From the NCBI GenBank assembly GCA_040954595.2, contig CM082594.2, forward strand, positions 6,466,740 through 6,530,739: a stretch of 64,000 bases of DNA, read 5' to 3'. The translations under genes were made by a program, and so were the position numbers. Below the pieces are notes generated by a model, which saw only the letters and a list, made by a program, of their open reading frames with translations, was not told where the DNA came from and ran no database searches. The DNA comes from Balanoglossus misakiensis (lineage: Eukaryota > Animalia > Hemichordata). The stretch's first letter is position 1; every line of letters begins with the position of its first letter. Of this stretch, positions 32,826 through 45,887 are shown piece after piece.

Positions 32826-34051
32826 GTGGCTTTGTGTAAGAACTCTGCAAGATCATGACTGTGTTTTTCGACCTGTCGGCTGACAGAGCTCTGGGTGAAG
32901 CTCGTGAAAAGTCTGCACTGTAGGGATATTTTGTATGTGTTGAGCGCCTGTCACTTGACAAAAACGTCAAAAGTTTGCTGCTTGCGGGAATTTATGTGCA
33001 ATCCCGGTGGAGATTGTCTGCCGTTTGCAAACAAAGTAATTTACCCAAAGTCGTTATGGAGGGCGCTGTTTGGAAACGTCGGGCCACAAATGTTACTTGC
33101 TTTTGAAATACACCTCATTTACAAACTTCTCTTGCAATTATTTCTTCTACGGGTTTCCACAATAGAACCATTTTCTAAATAAATTCATCAGTATTAATAT
33201 CAGTTTTTTTTATGAGTCAGGAAAAATCTTCTTTATGGAAATTATGACATATCTTATAGGTATTACTGTATTACTCCAATGGCTTTACATATTGGGATAA
33301 GTTAAGAGATTGAATTATAACTTTTTCTTGGTCATCTTAAATTTAAAAGTTGAATTGTCGTTTAAACTTCATTCATTCGGTGACACTCTATACTGTTCTC
33401 TCTTTTTGTAAAAAAACAAAACAATGAAAAACTGATAACTATCAGTGGTCATTAACTGTGCAATCTTTTCTTAGACTTGCTTGAAACTAATTATTACATG
33501 ACTGCCAAACGCTGTGTTAATATTAAACTGTTGACAGTGAACTCTTTTACTTTTTTATTCTTCAAAAGTCGATCCTGAATATAGAAAACCGTCTTTCCAA
33601 GGGCATTTTTCAATATTAATTCATTCCAGATTCGCACTTTACACTTAATTATTTTCACTTTATTATCATCTCTAACTCTCGTATCAGCTTCTCTTTAGAG
33701 GAAGTCGTTTCTAAACAAAATTTGAGAACTCTGTGATGAAAATGTGCTGTACGTTTCCTGCTGTCAAAGAACTTTTTATGGATTAATTTTCTTCAAAGTG
33801 AATAAAAATAATCTCAATACGATTCAGTGGAAGTGACGAATCAAGTTGTTCCACAATATGTGTGCGGTTTGTGAATACGCGATAAGGTCAGTGACTACGC
33901 GATGCGTTTTCAGAAACGAATCTTTCATTTTTCAACTTCCTTGAAGAATGCACATTGTCTGAAACGACTGTGGCCGTCAGTGCAACCCGGAATAACCAGA
34001 AACAGTTTCCGGGTCGTCTTCGTTTTTGACAAGTCATTTCGTTGTCCTTTG

Positions 34052-34059
34052 TGACGTCA
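34052..34059. promoter_or_regulatory. Perfect CRE palindrome TGACGTCA upstream of the orphan ORF
   Basis: Sequence match only, about 650 bp upstream of the ATG at 34709. Confidence 0.3.
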
Positions 34060-34708
34060 TAGTCAAGACTCGCACTGTCGCAGCACGTTTATTTCAATAT
34101 AGAGAGAATTCAAGTCGCGTCAAATTCAATTGTTTGTCTAATAAACCCCTCAAATGTATGCCTAGTCACACTTGAATTTTTAAAAGAGTGTGTCATGTAG
34201 ACTTAGTTTGGGGGCAATGAGTACTTTAATAATACGTTCATGGTGGAAATTGTCCGGTTTTCGTGCGTCTCTCTTTGAGCTCTCGTCTGTTCCTGCGCCC
34301 CGTCAATCGCAAGTCTTTCTCGCGAGTACACTATGTCTATTGTCAGTTCGGGGTGCAGCTTGTGTGCATGAAATTCCCCTCGGACAACAAGCGGTCTATT
34401 CACGGCTGACAAAACGAACAGAAGTGTGTTGTACGTTAGTCAAACACCGAGGCTCTCATTAGCGGACAACTTTTGCGATTGGCGTTTATTCAATTCAAAC
34501 ACACACCATCGACATTGTTGGAGAAACTCCGTTGACTTAGGGGTGTCGCGGGGACCTTCCAGCCTCTCGTGAAAAGGGCAGGGTATGGAAAGCGAGTTTG
34601 TGAACTTCCAAGGGACGGAGAGTCTGACGTAATTGAGCGGATTCTGGTCAGTATTGGTGGAGTGTTAAAACGACAAATTCCGCAGTGACGGGAATTCAGT
34701 GGGAAACG

Positions 34709-35473
34709 ATGGCAGCCAGAAAAGAACCCCAAGATGGTCTGGACAACCAAGTCCAGGGGTCTTTCCAGAAACAAAAATTAACAGATGCTATGTCGAACAG
34801 CAACCCGGCGGCACCGGAGCACGGGGGCAGAGAGGCGTTCAGCGGACAGTCGAAGCAGCTGTACAGCCGCCGGTCGAGTCAACAGCTGAACTTGCAGAAG
34901 GAGATAAACGGACTGGAAAAGGAGTATGGGAAGAAAATACGAGAGGTCCACAAGACGCGATGCGATATCGGCGACGAGTCGAAGGCTGGGAGGAAAGTGG
35001 ACAAAACTTTGAAACTGCCACACGACACGGACAGCTCATCTTCGAATCTACACGGCCTGAGTAGGAGTAAGACGAATAGGTCAAATGCTGATAATAATGT
35101 CATCCACGACAAATTTATGGGCGATGCGCGACTGAACCGTGAGAAATACGCGGACCACAAGAGAATGAAAGCGGTGGAGCGGCTCTCGCGGATATCCAGA
35201 TACCGCGCAACGAGCCCCGAGGCGATGCGCGGCAAGGGCGCCTCGGTGGGCACCACGTCGAGTTCATACGGCCTAAGCGCAGCGGCGCCCAACGGCGGGA
35301 GGCGTAGCGGGAAAGGCGAACCGACGGAGAAAAAGCACGTCTTCAAAAGACTGTCCGTGGACTCCTCGTTCCATGCCATGCCGTCCGATCTCTTCTTGAA
35401 GCAGTGTCAGCGGAAAAGCATGGATTCTCAAAAGAACCGTGCCATATCTAACAGGGCCGACTTCAAGCATTGA
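34709..35473 (+). CDS. Uncharacterised single-exon basic, Ser-rich protein with a short coiled coil (254 aa)
   Basis: Long GC-rich ORF with the coiled-coil-like segment LNLQKEINGLEKEYGKKIREVHK. No recognisable family. Confidence 0.6.
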   Translation: MAARKEPQDGLDNQVQGSFQKQKLTDAMSNSNPAAPEHGGREAFSGQSKQLYSRRSSQQLNLQKEINGLEKEYGKKIREVHKTRCDIGDESKAGRKVDKTLKLPHDTDSSSSNLHGLSRSKTNRSNADNNVIHDKFMGDARLNREKYADHKRMKAVERLSRISRYRATSPEAMRGKGASVGTTSSSYGLSAAAPNGGRRSGKGEPTEKKHVFKRLSVDSSFHAMPSDLFLKQCQRKSMDSQKNRAISNRADFKH

Positions 35474-38254
35474 AGCGAAAAACAATTGATTCGGCCGGGG
35501 CAGCGGAGTTTTGATTCGGGACAGTGCGCGGAGTTTATCACCCATTTCATTTTTCACCATGTGACTTTTACGGTCGAATCCGCGTAAGTGTTGAAATTGA
35601 CGATTTGTTTTACTTTGAAATCGGGGTAATCAGCCAAGTACTTGGTAATCTGACAATTACATGGTTATCTGTTGTGTTGGTCGTCGTGACAATGATAGAA
35701 CCGACGCGTGAGACTCATTATCACCGTCCATTGCCACCAGACGGGACTGCTACCTTCAGGAATTCACCGGGGCGGAGTTTCAAGCATTCGCGATTACAAT
35801 ATGTTAGCAACGTCTGTTCCAGTATACTAGTATATTCCATGTACGAAGGGTCGCCATGGCGATATAGTATACAATCATTTTGCAAGATGCCATTATCTAA
35901 CACACGCACAATGCACGTGTTAAACGGTATTCACTGAGATCAAATACACTACACCTTGTTGCATATTTAAAGTAACGGCCGGCTGCCGCTTTGTATTGTT
36001 ATAAAGCCTGCAGTTGTAACGGGGCACTGTTGTTGCTTACGACAATCAGTATCTGTTGCCATGCTGTATTATACATTTGTATTTCCAAACGCGTACGCCA
36101 AATGAAAACGTTTTTGCCGTCTTTCGAACACACGTCGGGAAAAGTTTTCAAATGCGGGCTTGCTAGAATACGTGCATTGGAGACAGCTGTTGAATCTTTA
36201 AATTCATTGTCACAAAATCGAAGCGATTGTTCAAATATCTATGTACACAAACTTACTCCTTTCTCAGCCTCGTAATTGGCAATTTGAAGTACTCACAGAG
36301 GTTGATTTCATATTTAAAAATAGTATTCCCTTAAGTAATCTTCTTAAAGTGAGTAATGTGGTTATTTACGGGGAAATGACCTCTGCCATTGTACAGTCTG
36401 TGTCTGTATTCAACAATTCTAATTAACAGTAACATTCCATCCTCTTAGATACATACACGAAACAGATGTTGTTTTAAGAGAAAGTTCATATGGGTTTTGA
36501 ACATTTCTGGGTTGTATTTATCGAATAAAAATGCATTGTCGGTAGTTAGATTTGTCTAGCCCACATTAATTTTATCTTTTGTCCTTTTTTTTTACATTCC
36601 ACAATTGATAAACTCTGAAACTCTGCACGCATCCTTTAATGACAAGTGCGGTTACAAACGGATTTGGAGTATACTAGCACATATGGCATGAGACGGTCTC
36701 AAACAATTCCTTCATCCAACCAAAAAACGTAAATAACGGACCGTCCTATTGTTGTCTCGCTTTGTTATGTCGTGAGCGGGGCAATTATTTTCAACAGGGG
36801 CGGGCAGTGTAATCTATGATAAATGTCACGGCCCCTCCACTTAGTGTCGTAAAGTCCCCTGTCGTATATCCCCGTGTTTTCTGCGTGGGTCGTTCATCAC
36901 TCGACAGTTCAGAGGGCGTGCAAGCCATCCCTTCCCTTTTGTGCCTGTTTATTTGCACCGTGAGTTTTCACGAATATTTCTTCAGCGTCTTCATTGAGCT
37001 CGACATAGTATCGAGACCCTGGCAACAGTAATGACATGCGTTATTGTGCAAGCTAGCGCTTTCAACACCGTTTCTTTTGTTGGCCAACAGCTGGAGTGCG
37101 TTCTCGAGCGAGTCCCCTGGTGAAGGTGATGGTATTTGGTGGCGCGTCTGCGAGTTTGCCAGGTTTGACCACGGTCGCTCCACACATAGTGACCGTAGTT
37201 TGACTGAACGAAACTTCCACGTATATTACAATGCAGAAACATCACTCATTACAAATATTACCAAAATAATCTCAATAGACTACATATAGGGGCGGACCAT
37301 TTGATATCTTGGTCTCTAAGATTTTCATTTCGGGCAATTTTTGTTGTCCTTTTTGTTTTGACCCATTGCTCCAGTTGGAACCAGGTCATCGACAATGAAT
37401 TCTTTAATCCTGCGTCATCATAGAACTTGCAATTGAACGCTGGTGAGGAACCTTTTACTTTCTTAGCTTTGCAATAGGCTTGGATGAAGTGAAAGGGGCA
37501 TATGTTATATTTGCAGCTGACCCTTTGTTTCCCTATATAAAAATATACGCGCACAGAAAATATGTACATGTATATTGTGTATATCTATAGAAATGTCAAC
37601 GTCAACAAGTTATATCATTTTTGCCGCGGCTTGAGTTGCGTCTCTCATCGAAAAATGGATGCGAGCGCCAAAAGTAGTTTGGACAAGCTCCGTCCCCAGC
37701 ACTCGACTCGGGATGAAGGGTGTAATGTGGAAAGCGCCCTCGTGTGGCGAATTAATTTTGTATCTGGTGTGCCGAGCAAGAACCTGATGGTAAAGTGTCT
37801 TTCTCACCCTTATGATGTGGTCTTGATTTGGTGCTTGGCTGCCATTCGGTTTGTTGATGTGACGCATATTAAATACCATTACGGTCTTGGGTAGATGCAC
37901 TGTGTCATAGGTAATAACACCACTTCTGCTGACATTTACACGCCATGTGACCCTGTGGACGTCTGGGCCAATTGCACAGTCATGCTGGCACAGAGCAACA
38001 GGGTCATGTGACAGGTGCCTGGAGTACATGCGGCTGATATCTCCTGTTACAAACCATGACCCTTTGTGTCAAAACCAATGGCGACGCCCAGAAATATAGG
38101 TTATTTGCATGATTTATTTGGTTCTACGCACGCCCTATGTACTTATATGTGGTAGGCCGTACTCGCAGTTCACTAGCGGTTCGTCTGGTGGTCGCTCAAA
38201 TTGGATGATCTTGGCCCGAATTTGTAGTCAGACACGTTGAAGGACGCAGTCACA

Positions 38255-40238
38255 ATGGCAACTGGTGGAGAGCAAAAAGTGAGTATAATCTGGCTTGAAC
38301 TTTGTAACCGTCGAGATGCCCATGAGGTCGAGTATACTCAAGTATCAACTTTAGGGGCCAAAATCTCCGGCTTCGGCTCCATCATTTTTTGCATGCGAAT
38401 GTGACTGCCTTAATAGTTTACTTGTAAATGTTTGGAAGCTGTCTCCGTAATAGTTGGTTAAATCAAGTTCTTTCCATTTGAAAGACACATTTTGTATAGC
38501 AATAATGGCGCACCTGCATTTTGAATTTGTCTAAAGGCGACCGGCCGTTTGAGTGGCGCCGTTGCAGTTGTCTTCGGCGGTACCTACGGCATAGGTGCCG
38601 GAATCGTCCGAGTGCTACAGAGAGAGGGCGCTCGAGTCGTCATGACGGGAAGAAACGAAGCGAAAGGTCGGTTAACTCAGATCATAGACAGTATGCTCAG
38701 ATTTTCAGAGTCTTTGAATGTGGACGGCTGTGGATTATGTCGTGTTTGAACTGTGAACCTTGGCAAGATACGGATCACTCGTCACATACATCACCGCTAG
38801 TTTTAGTCTGCTATCTTTTCACGAAATTCCGTAAAAAAACTCTTTCAGGCAAAGAAGGTGAAAAGAATATGCCGGGCGCGATCTACATGCAGGCTGACGT
38901 CACCGACTACCAAGCCTGCGAGCGTGTTGCCAAGGAAACGAATGACCGATTTGGAATGATCAACATTGTGGTTTGCAATGCAGGTATGGGAAAGGACACC
39001 CGTGGACTTTTGTGCAAAGCGACAAAATATTATTGGTGAAATGTAACACCATATTTGCCGGTATTTTCCTGTTCCTTGACCATGTGACTAACTAAGTAAA
39101 TCATGATTATCCATGACTGATGACCGTTAATTTCCAATCCTTGTCGATTTATTCCAGGGATCTACCCAGTAGCAACGATAGAGAACATGACGGAGGAGCA
39201 CATTTCCTCGGTGATCGATGTGAACATAAAAGGAACCATATACGCCACAAAAGCATGTCTGCCATATTTGAGAGGTGATGCATTTGTTATACTGTTTACA
39301 ATAGACTAGAAATAGTAGGTGATTCAGTAATTCTAATACATTTAATGACCAGTGCAGGTGTACTTGAAAGTGTATTACTAGTATATCAATGGCGATAGCA
39401 AAACCTCGCCACATTATTAATATCGATCAGCGAATGTTCTACAGGCATTTTCATCTGTCTGTCTGTCTGTCGTATGCTTTCTGGTGCACAGATTCGGCAA
39501 AAGAAACTGGAAGGGGTCGTGTTATTATTATATCATCGATATCAGGAGAACACACCGGGTATCCGGGCCATGGGGTGTACTCAACTACAAAGGCTGGCCA
39601 GTTAGGTTTCATGAGGCACGTATAATGTTTCTGTACTTACAGAAGTAGAAATATTGGTTTTCTAATAATTAGGTAGTATGATTATGTACGTACCATCCTC
39701 TCCCGGTTTTGATTGATTCAGTGACCGATCTGATTACTGATCACATCTATTACAGAACGGCTGCATTGGAACTGGCCAAAGACCACATCACGGTAAACGC
39801 GGTTCTGCCGGGAAACACTGAAACTGAGAACTTGCTCGCTCTCTATGAGGATCCCAAGACGAAAGATTCTATGGATGACATCCTTTCTGTCATACCCATG
39901 GGGCGGTAAGTTATCATAGTGATACTTGGAGTCTTTTTTTAAAAATTTATTCTAGCTTACATACATTCAAAGAACAAAACTCAAAGGGGCAGTAGTTAGT
40001 GGGAAACTCCCACGCACGGAGTTTGGAAGTGAGATTTGGCCGAGTGATTTGCCTGCTAGGTGAATTGGCATAGTACGCCCGGGTTCTCGTATAAGCAGAC
40101 AAATTCTTTTTTTTTTTCAGTCTGGGTAAACCGGAAGACATCGGCAACGCGGTGGCTTTCTTAGCATCGGCAGAAGCTGATTTCATCACTGGCCAAGGCA
40201 TAATTGTTGACGGCGGACAGACAGTAGTGGAGAGTTAG
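38255..40238 (+). CDS. Short-chain dehydrogenase/reductase, FabG (3-oxoacyl-ACP reductase)-like, copy 1
   Basis: Exons 38255-38278, 38537-38666, 38849-38983, 39158-39274, 39492-39615 (GC donor), 39756-39905 and 40121-40238. Motifs: FGGTYGIG, CNAG, YSTTK (catalytic YxxxK), ITGQGIIVDGG. Confidence 0.9.
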
Positions 40239-41116
40239 AATAGAATCCTTGAAACGCCGGTTTTGTCCAAATCATGGGATACAAAACACATTTTGTCACT
40301 ACACCTAAGTATCAACATTGCAAATTTTATCCACAGAACTAAGCAATAAATGATCTAAACTTTAGTGTGTTCTAAGTATAGCTCGAAAGTGGATTGTGAT
40401 TTAGGCCATCGTACTCGGCCATCCAAGGTGACCGTGACTTCTCGAGGCCGCGGATCGAGGGCATGCGCGCTATCGAATTACATTGCCACATGACCCACGG
40501 ATTTGCTACACGCACGCCGGATTCAGGTTGGTTTTGCCGCTCTTGTTTTCTGACCACACCCACCATTTTGTTCGTCTGTTGCCTGAGCTTCCTCAGTATC
40601 GCACTGAAATTACGCTTAAACTGCCTCGGTGCGAGGCACATGCGTATTGAGGGTGGTGTACTGTTGAAAGGGTCAGTCGACGTTCGACCACTCATGCAAG
40701 CACAGGGCCGCCGCGTTTGATATTTCACGACTATTTTTCGTTTATTGGCCCAGAGATTCCTGTTTATGTGTACGTTATGTGTCAAAGTCACGGTCACTAC
40801 TGGGAAATACGTCGTTCCAGAGGCCCTCCCTGAGCATGCCGAGTTCCCCGTCTTCCGGGGTGGGGGGTCAAACAGAGAGCGCCCTCGTGCGATGGATCTT
40901 CCAGTCTAGCTGAACGCCGCTACACACTGGACTACACTGTGACCTTCTGTGTTCTATCTGTGGTTGTCTGTGGTTCTATGTAGGCCCATTGTAGGCCCTA
41001 CCCACAACAGTTCAAACTCCGATTAATGAGCTTGGCTGTATATAGCATACACCGGGCTGATGAACTGTAACATTATTTTGCAGTTTTTTTAACAAATCAG
41101 TCTACAGGCTGTCATC

Positions 41117-43217
41117 ATGGCAACTGTGGGAGAAAAGGTGAGTTTTTCGCTTAAACTTAGTAACCGTCGAAGTGCGCGTGGCGATTCTTGCTTTGAAGGC
41201 CATAGCTTCCGGCTATCTCCTCGGATCTTGGCCCCTTTTGCTCAACTGAGCCAAAAAAAATTTCAAGCTTATTTTAACCTGATCTGACTGCATGCTTTGA
41301 TGGACATTAGGTACACCGGTCGCGAAGGATGATCTTAGATACTGGTGAAATGTCCAACGTCTTTTTGAGGCATTTTGACCTTAAGGCAAAAATGTCTTCC
41401 TCGGAAATCACTTTTTCCGGATTTAGTGCACCGGTGCCCTGGCCTGGAAGTTTTTTCCAAACTGCGAAATTGCATTTTGACTTGCAAGGTCTCGCTGTTC
41501 CAGTTCTGTTGTAAATTTAAATGACAATTAAATCGGCATCATTGTGTCCTCGCAATAATCACTCATCTGCATTTCGCCTGAAGGCGACCGGCCGTTTGAG
41601 TGGCGCCGTTGCAGTTGTCTTCGGTGGTACCTACGGCATAGGTGCCGGAATCGTCAGAGTGCTACAGAGAGAGGGCGCTCGAGTCGTCATGACGGGAAGG
41701 AACGAAGCAAAGGGTAGGTTTACTCAGATTACAGAGTCTTTGAATGTGGGTTTTGTCGTGATATTTCCTAAATGTTTAGTATAGTTCTGGTGGCAGACGT
41801 CCGTTCACCCCTCGGAGATATTCGCGTCCGTATCTTTCAGGCGCAGAAGCAGAAAAGAAACTGCCGGGCGCGATCTTCATACAAGCTGACATCGCTGACT
41901 ACCAAGCCTGCGAGCGTGTTGCCAAGGAAACGAACGACCGCTTTGGAATGATCAATATTGTGGTTTGCAATGCAGGTAGGGGAATTTATATTTACACTCC
42001 CTTCATGTGCAATTCGACAATACAAATGCACAATAGGATTGCCAAGTATTTAAAATATAATAATATAAATGTTGGCTTCATTGACATACATGTATTGTCT
42101 TTTCCTGTATTCCATTGTTGTATTTTTCCCATTGTTTTCATTTCTTTTATTGACAAATTGCATTTCAGCAATCTATCCACCGGCAACGATTGAGAACATC
42201 ACAGTGGAACACATTTCCTCGGTGATCGATGTGAACCTGAAAGGAACCATATACGCCACAAAAGCATGTCTGCCATATTTGAGAGGTGATACACTTGTAT
42301 AATCTCTTGTTTTACATTGTATCAGTACATTGATGATGCGTTAGGGAGACACCTTGTCCATCATTGGTCCAGATACCAGTACTTTCCCACGTGTTCGAGC
42401 TTAAAGCCAATCAGAAACATCGAAATATATTTCAAAGAAAACACGCATTGTTGCTTTTCCTCAGTTTATATAGCACCTCGCCATGAAATGGAAATAAACT
42501 GGTCAAGTTCCACAGAAGACCTTTCTTTACCTTCTGTACGTTTTCTGATACACAGAATCGGCAAGATCAACCGGAAGAGGCCGTGTTATTTTTACGTCAT
42601 CAATAACTGGTGAATTCACCGGGTGTCCGGGAGTTGGAGTGTATGCGTCCACCAAGGCTGGCCAGTTAGGTTTTATGAGGTACAGTATTGATTCTACACT
42701 TTTACCAGGGTTTGATATCACTATTTTCATTAATTCAGTGATGGGCCCAAATTTGAGATTTTTTCGCTCATTATTTTACTTAGAACAGCTGCAGTGGAAC
42801 TGGCGAAAGAGCAAATCACTGTAAATTCTGTTGTACCGGGCAACATTGCAACTGAAAAGATGATGGCACTGTACGAGGACCCCGAGACGGAAGATTCGAT
42901 CGATGACGTCATTTCTGCCATACCCGTGGGACGGTAAGTGCGGCAGCCAGCTTTCCTGTACGACGATCGGTTTTCAGTCGAAGTCAATCGAAGACAGACA
43001 GAACACTGAAGTTTTCTGACGATATCCTAACCTATGTTTGTATGTTTGGGGGGAGATATGATTTAATTACATGTACGTCCGTCTATTCCCCTTTTTCAGT
43101 CTGGGTAAACCCGAAGACGTCGGCAACGCGGTGGCTTTCTTAGCATCGGCAGAAGCTGATTTCATCACTGGCCAAGCCATCGTTGTTGACGGCGGACAAA
43201 CAATTGTGGAGAGTTAG
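41117..43217 (+). CDS. Short-chain dehydrogenase/reductase, FabG-like, copy 2
   Basis: Exons 41117-41137, 41584-41713, 41841-41975, 42169-42285, 42556-42679, 42784-42933 and 43100-43217. Motifs: YASTK and ITGQAIVVDGG. Intron positions match copy 1. Confidence 0.9.
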
Positions 43218-44907
43218 CCAGTGCAGAAAGACCAAAACGCCAATTCGTGTCCGGATTGTGCGACATGGGACGTTGTAGTGAAGGTTTGACGGAGTCCCTC
43301 TGTGGTTTAACACAATGCGCTTTTCTGTCGTGAATTATGCTAGCACGTTTCGTAGGAGTGTGCATGGTGGGCTTTGTGAATTCCCAACATTTTCAAGACT
43401 GGTTACGTTGCAATATACGGGATATAGGCCTACACTACATTGAAACATGAATGCTCTCTTGTTTTGAAAGCTGTGTACATACATGTATATCGTCATAGAA
43501 CATGTGAGGGGAAAATGTCCGAATTACATTAAATGTAGGCGTTTTGGCTGTGTACACGGGAGCGCTGTCCTTGCAGTCGCAAATGGTTATTACATGAGCC
43601 CTATTACATGTAAATGCCAATGTTTTATATACATGTACGTGTATATGGTGTGACGGTATTTACTGTTTCCATAGACCCAGAGTCTATGCTGTTTTTCAAC
43701 AATCCTCGTCATGTCCAAGTGACAAGTAAACAAATGGCAATGACAATAGGACCATCATTTAACCATTGTTAAGTTGTGGTACGTGCGCTATTGTCTCTGA
43801 CAACATGGCTATGTTTCTGATTGGCTGGCTCTAGCCCGACAGGCCAGTAACTCGTTTTGATTGGATCATATCAGCTGGCTTGGGTTTGTCTTTCATCGCT
43901 GTGTTTTTCGGCCACGTGGATCGCCCCGGTCACGCCATCTCACTCTCATCACGGAAAGGGGAAAATACACGCGCCTTCAGCATATCCAGAAAATCAGCGT
44001 GCGTCGATGGATATCTGTAATTACATGTATATGTTTTGTCGTATTTGTTCCCTTTCGGGGAATTCTGATACGGGATGGTGACACTCAACAGGAATGCAGA
44101 CAATGTGTGTTTCTTTGACAAAGCCAAGGATACTGTATAGGCAAGCGTTCGCCAAGACACCAGCAAATGGATATGAAACCTGTTACTCCGGTATGTTATT
44201 ATTTTTTTCTCGGATTTTTAAAATGAACCTAAAATGTAAAGAACAATGGGCAGTGTTTATCAGCAGGTATTCATATTTTTATTCGCTTTCGTCACATGTT
44301 TTTTAAAAGTTGTATTTTTATTGCAATGCGCACTATGTGACTAAGACGTATTGTAAATTACTGGTATATGTATACGTACCACAGCGCCACCACACATCAC
44401 TATTAAAAGCAATAGTCACGCCTACAGCCAACTGATAGTGTGAGCCATTTACCGCATTGACAAACAATACCCTTCATTGGGATATTTCTTAAGTTTAGTC
44501 CCACAACGCTGAGTCCAGTCGCAGAGGGCGTTTCGATTGTCCTGGGAGTACGCTGCAGCTTTTCGAGTTCAGTTCGTACGTGGAGCACCAATAGCATTTA
44601 CACAACCTTAGGTTGGAAATGATATCTCCAAATTTCGAACCGCCTTCGGTGTAGGCCTATTGCCGCGAAAATAAGAATTCATCATGTGACACATTTAAAA
44701 ACATATACAGCGAACAGAGAGCAAAAAGAAATCTTGGAAAATTTTACAGTATACAAGAAAAATTGATGTGTGTCTACATTATACAATCATCTAGGCACAG
44801 AGAAGGGGTTGGTTTAAGGTAAACTGTTGAAGACTGAAAGATTAAGTCGAGACTGAATTTTTCAGTCTACACCTATTCTCGTTGCAAATAGTCAGAAACG
44901 CCAAGCT

Positions 44908-45562
44908 TCACATTATTCGGCATTTTTGCTTCTCAAAGCGCGACAGTGGAGAAGTAACGCTGGACGTCGACGACGAGGATTCCTCAGACAATGTGCGCGT
45001 GCGCCCCTGTTTCTTCGTCGTTTTCAAATATGCCGCCATTGTCTCGTCCTTCTCGTGTGATTTGATGCCATATCGATGCCGAATCTCGTTGCGTAGTTGG
45101 GCTCTCTCTGCGTTGCGTATATTTTTTTGTCTTGTCACCAAATCTACCCTGCAAATGTTTTAAATTTCAGTTCGTTAGGTATAGCACGTGTTTGCATTCT
45201 GCTACCGCTGACATCATATACCAAGAAGTAAAACATAATATACCTGTATAGTGATTGTTAACCAGATACAGCTACTTGCTCAAAATGTGTCTCGACAAAA
45301 AAAAACTAGCCCCACAATAGGCCTACATGCAGGGGTCTCGCTTCGTCGGCTTTTGTTGTTTTTTCTTTCAAGATTGTTGTCAAGACAACGATAAAAAATC
45401 TCACCTGCTGTCTGATAGCCGTCTTTCAGTCATTTTCCTTTCTTTCCGCGGTGTCGATTGACCGGAGCTGCCGACGTCTTCGTCGGAAATCAGAAAATCG
45501 ATCCTGTCCACGATCGCCGAGAAGCGCCTGGCGAAAGCTCTCTTCGCGTCTGCGGTCGCCAT
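44908..45562 (-). CDS. Divergent complexin-3/4-like small protein with CAAX (CRIM), about 132 aa
   Basis: Exons 45562-45405 and 45148-44908 join across a phase-2 intron. RNAERAQLRNEIRHRYGIKSHEKDE resembles the complexin central helix. The protein ends CRIM. The start codon is uncertain. Confidence 0.7.
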
Positions 45563-45810
45563 CGTCTTGAATGCAACGGCAAGCGTACCCGGCGAAAAAG
45601 TGACTATGGACGACAGTTGAGAATCCCACTTTTTATAGTGTCGCTCCATGTGTGGCATTTTCCTCCAGAAATAATTGCAGTCATGACGACTGCTGTCCAG
45701 AAAAGATGCGCATGGTCAGAGAGTCCCACAGGTAACACCATTTCTCTGACATCACAATACAATATTATGTAAAGGACATCCTCCATATACTTGGAGGAAC
45801 ACGTGCATTC

Positions 45811-45812
45811 TA

Positions 45813-45861
<49 letters not shown>

Positions 45862-45887
45862 GTCTGTCTGTCTGTCTGTCTGTCTGT
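45811..45887. repeat. (TATC)n(TGTC)n compound microsatellite
   Basis: Directly visible. Confidence 0.95.
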
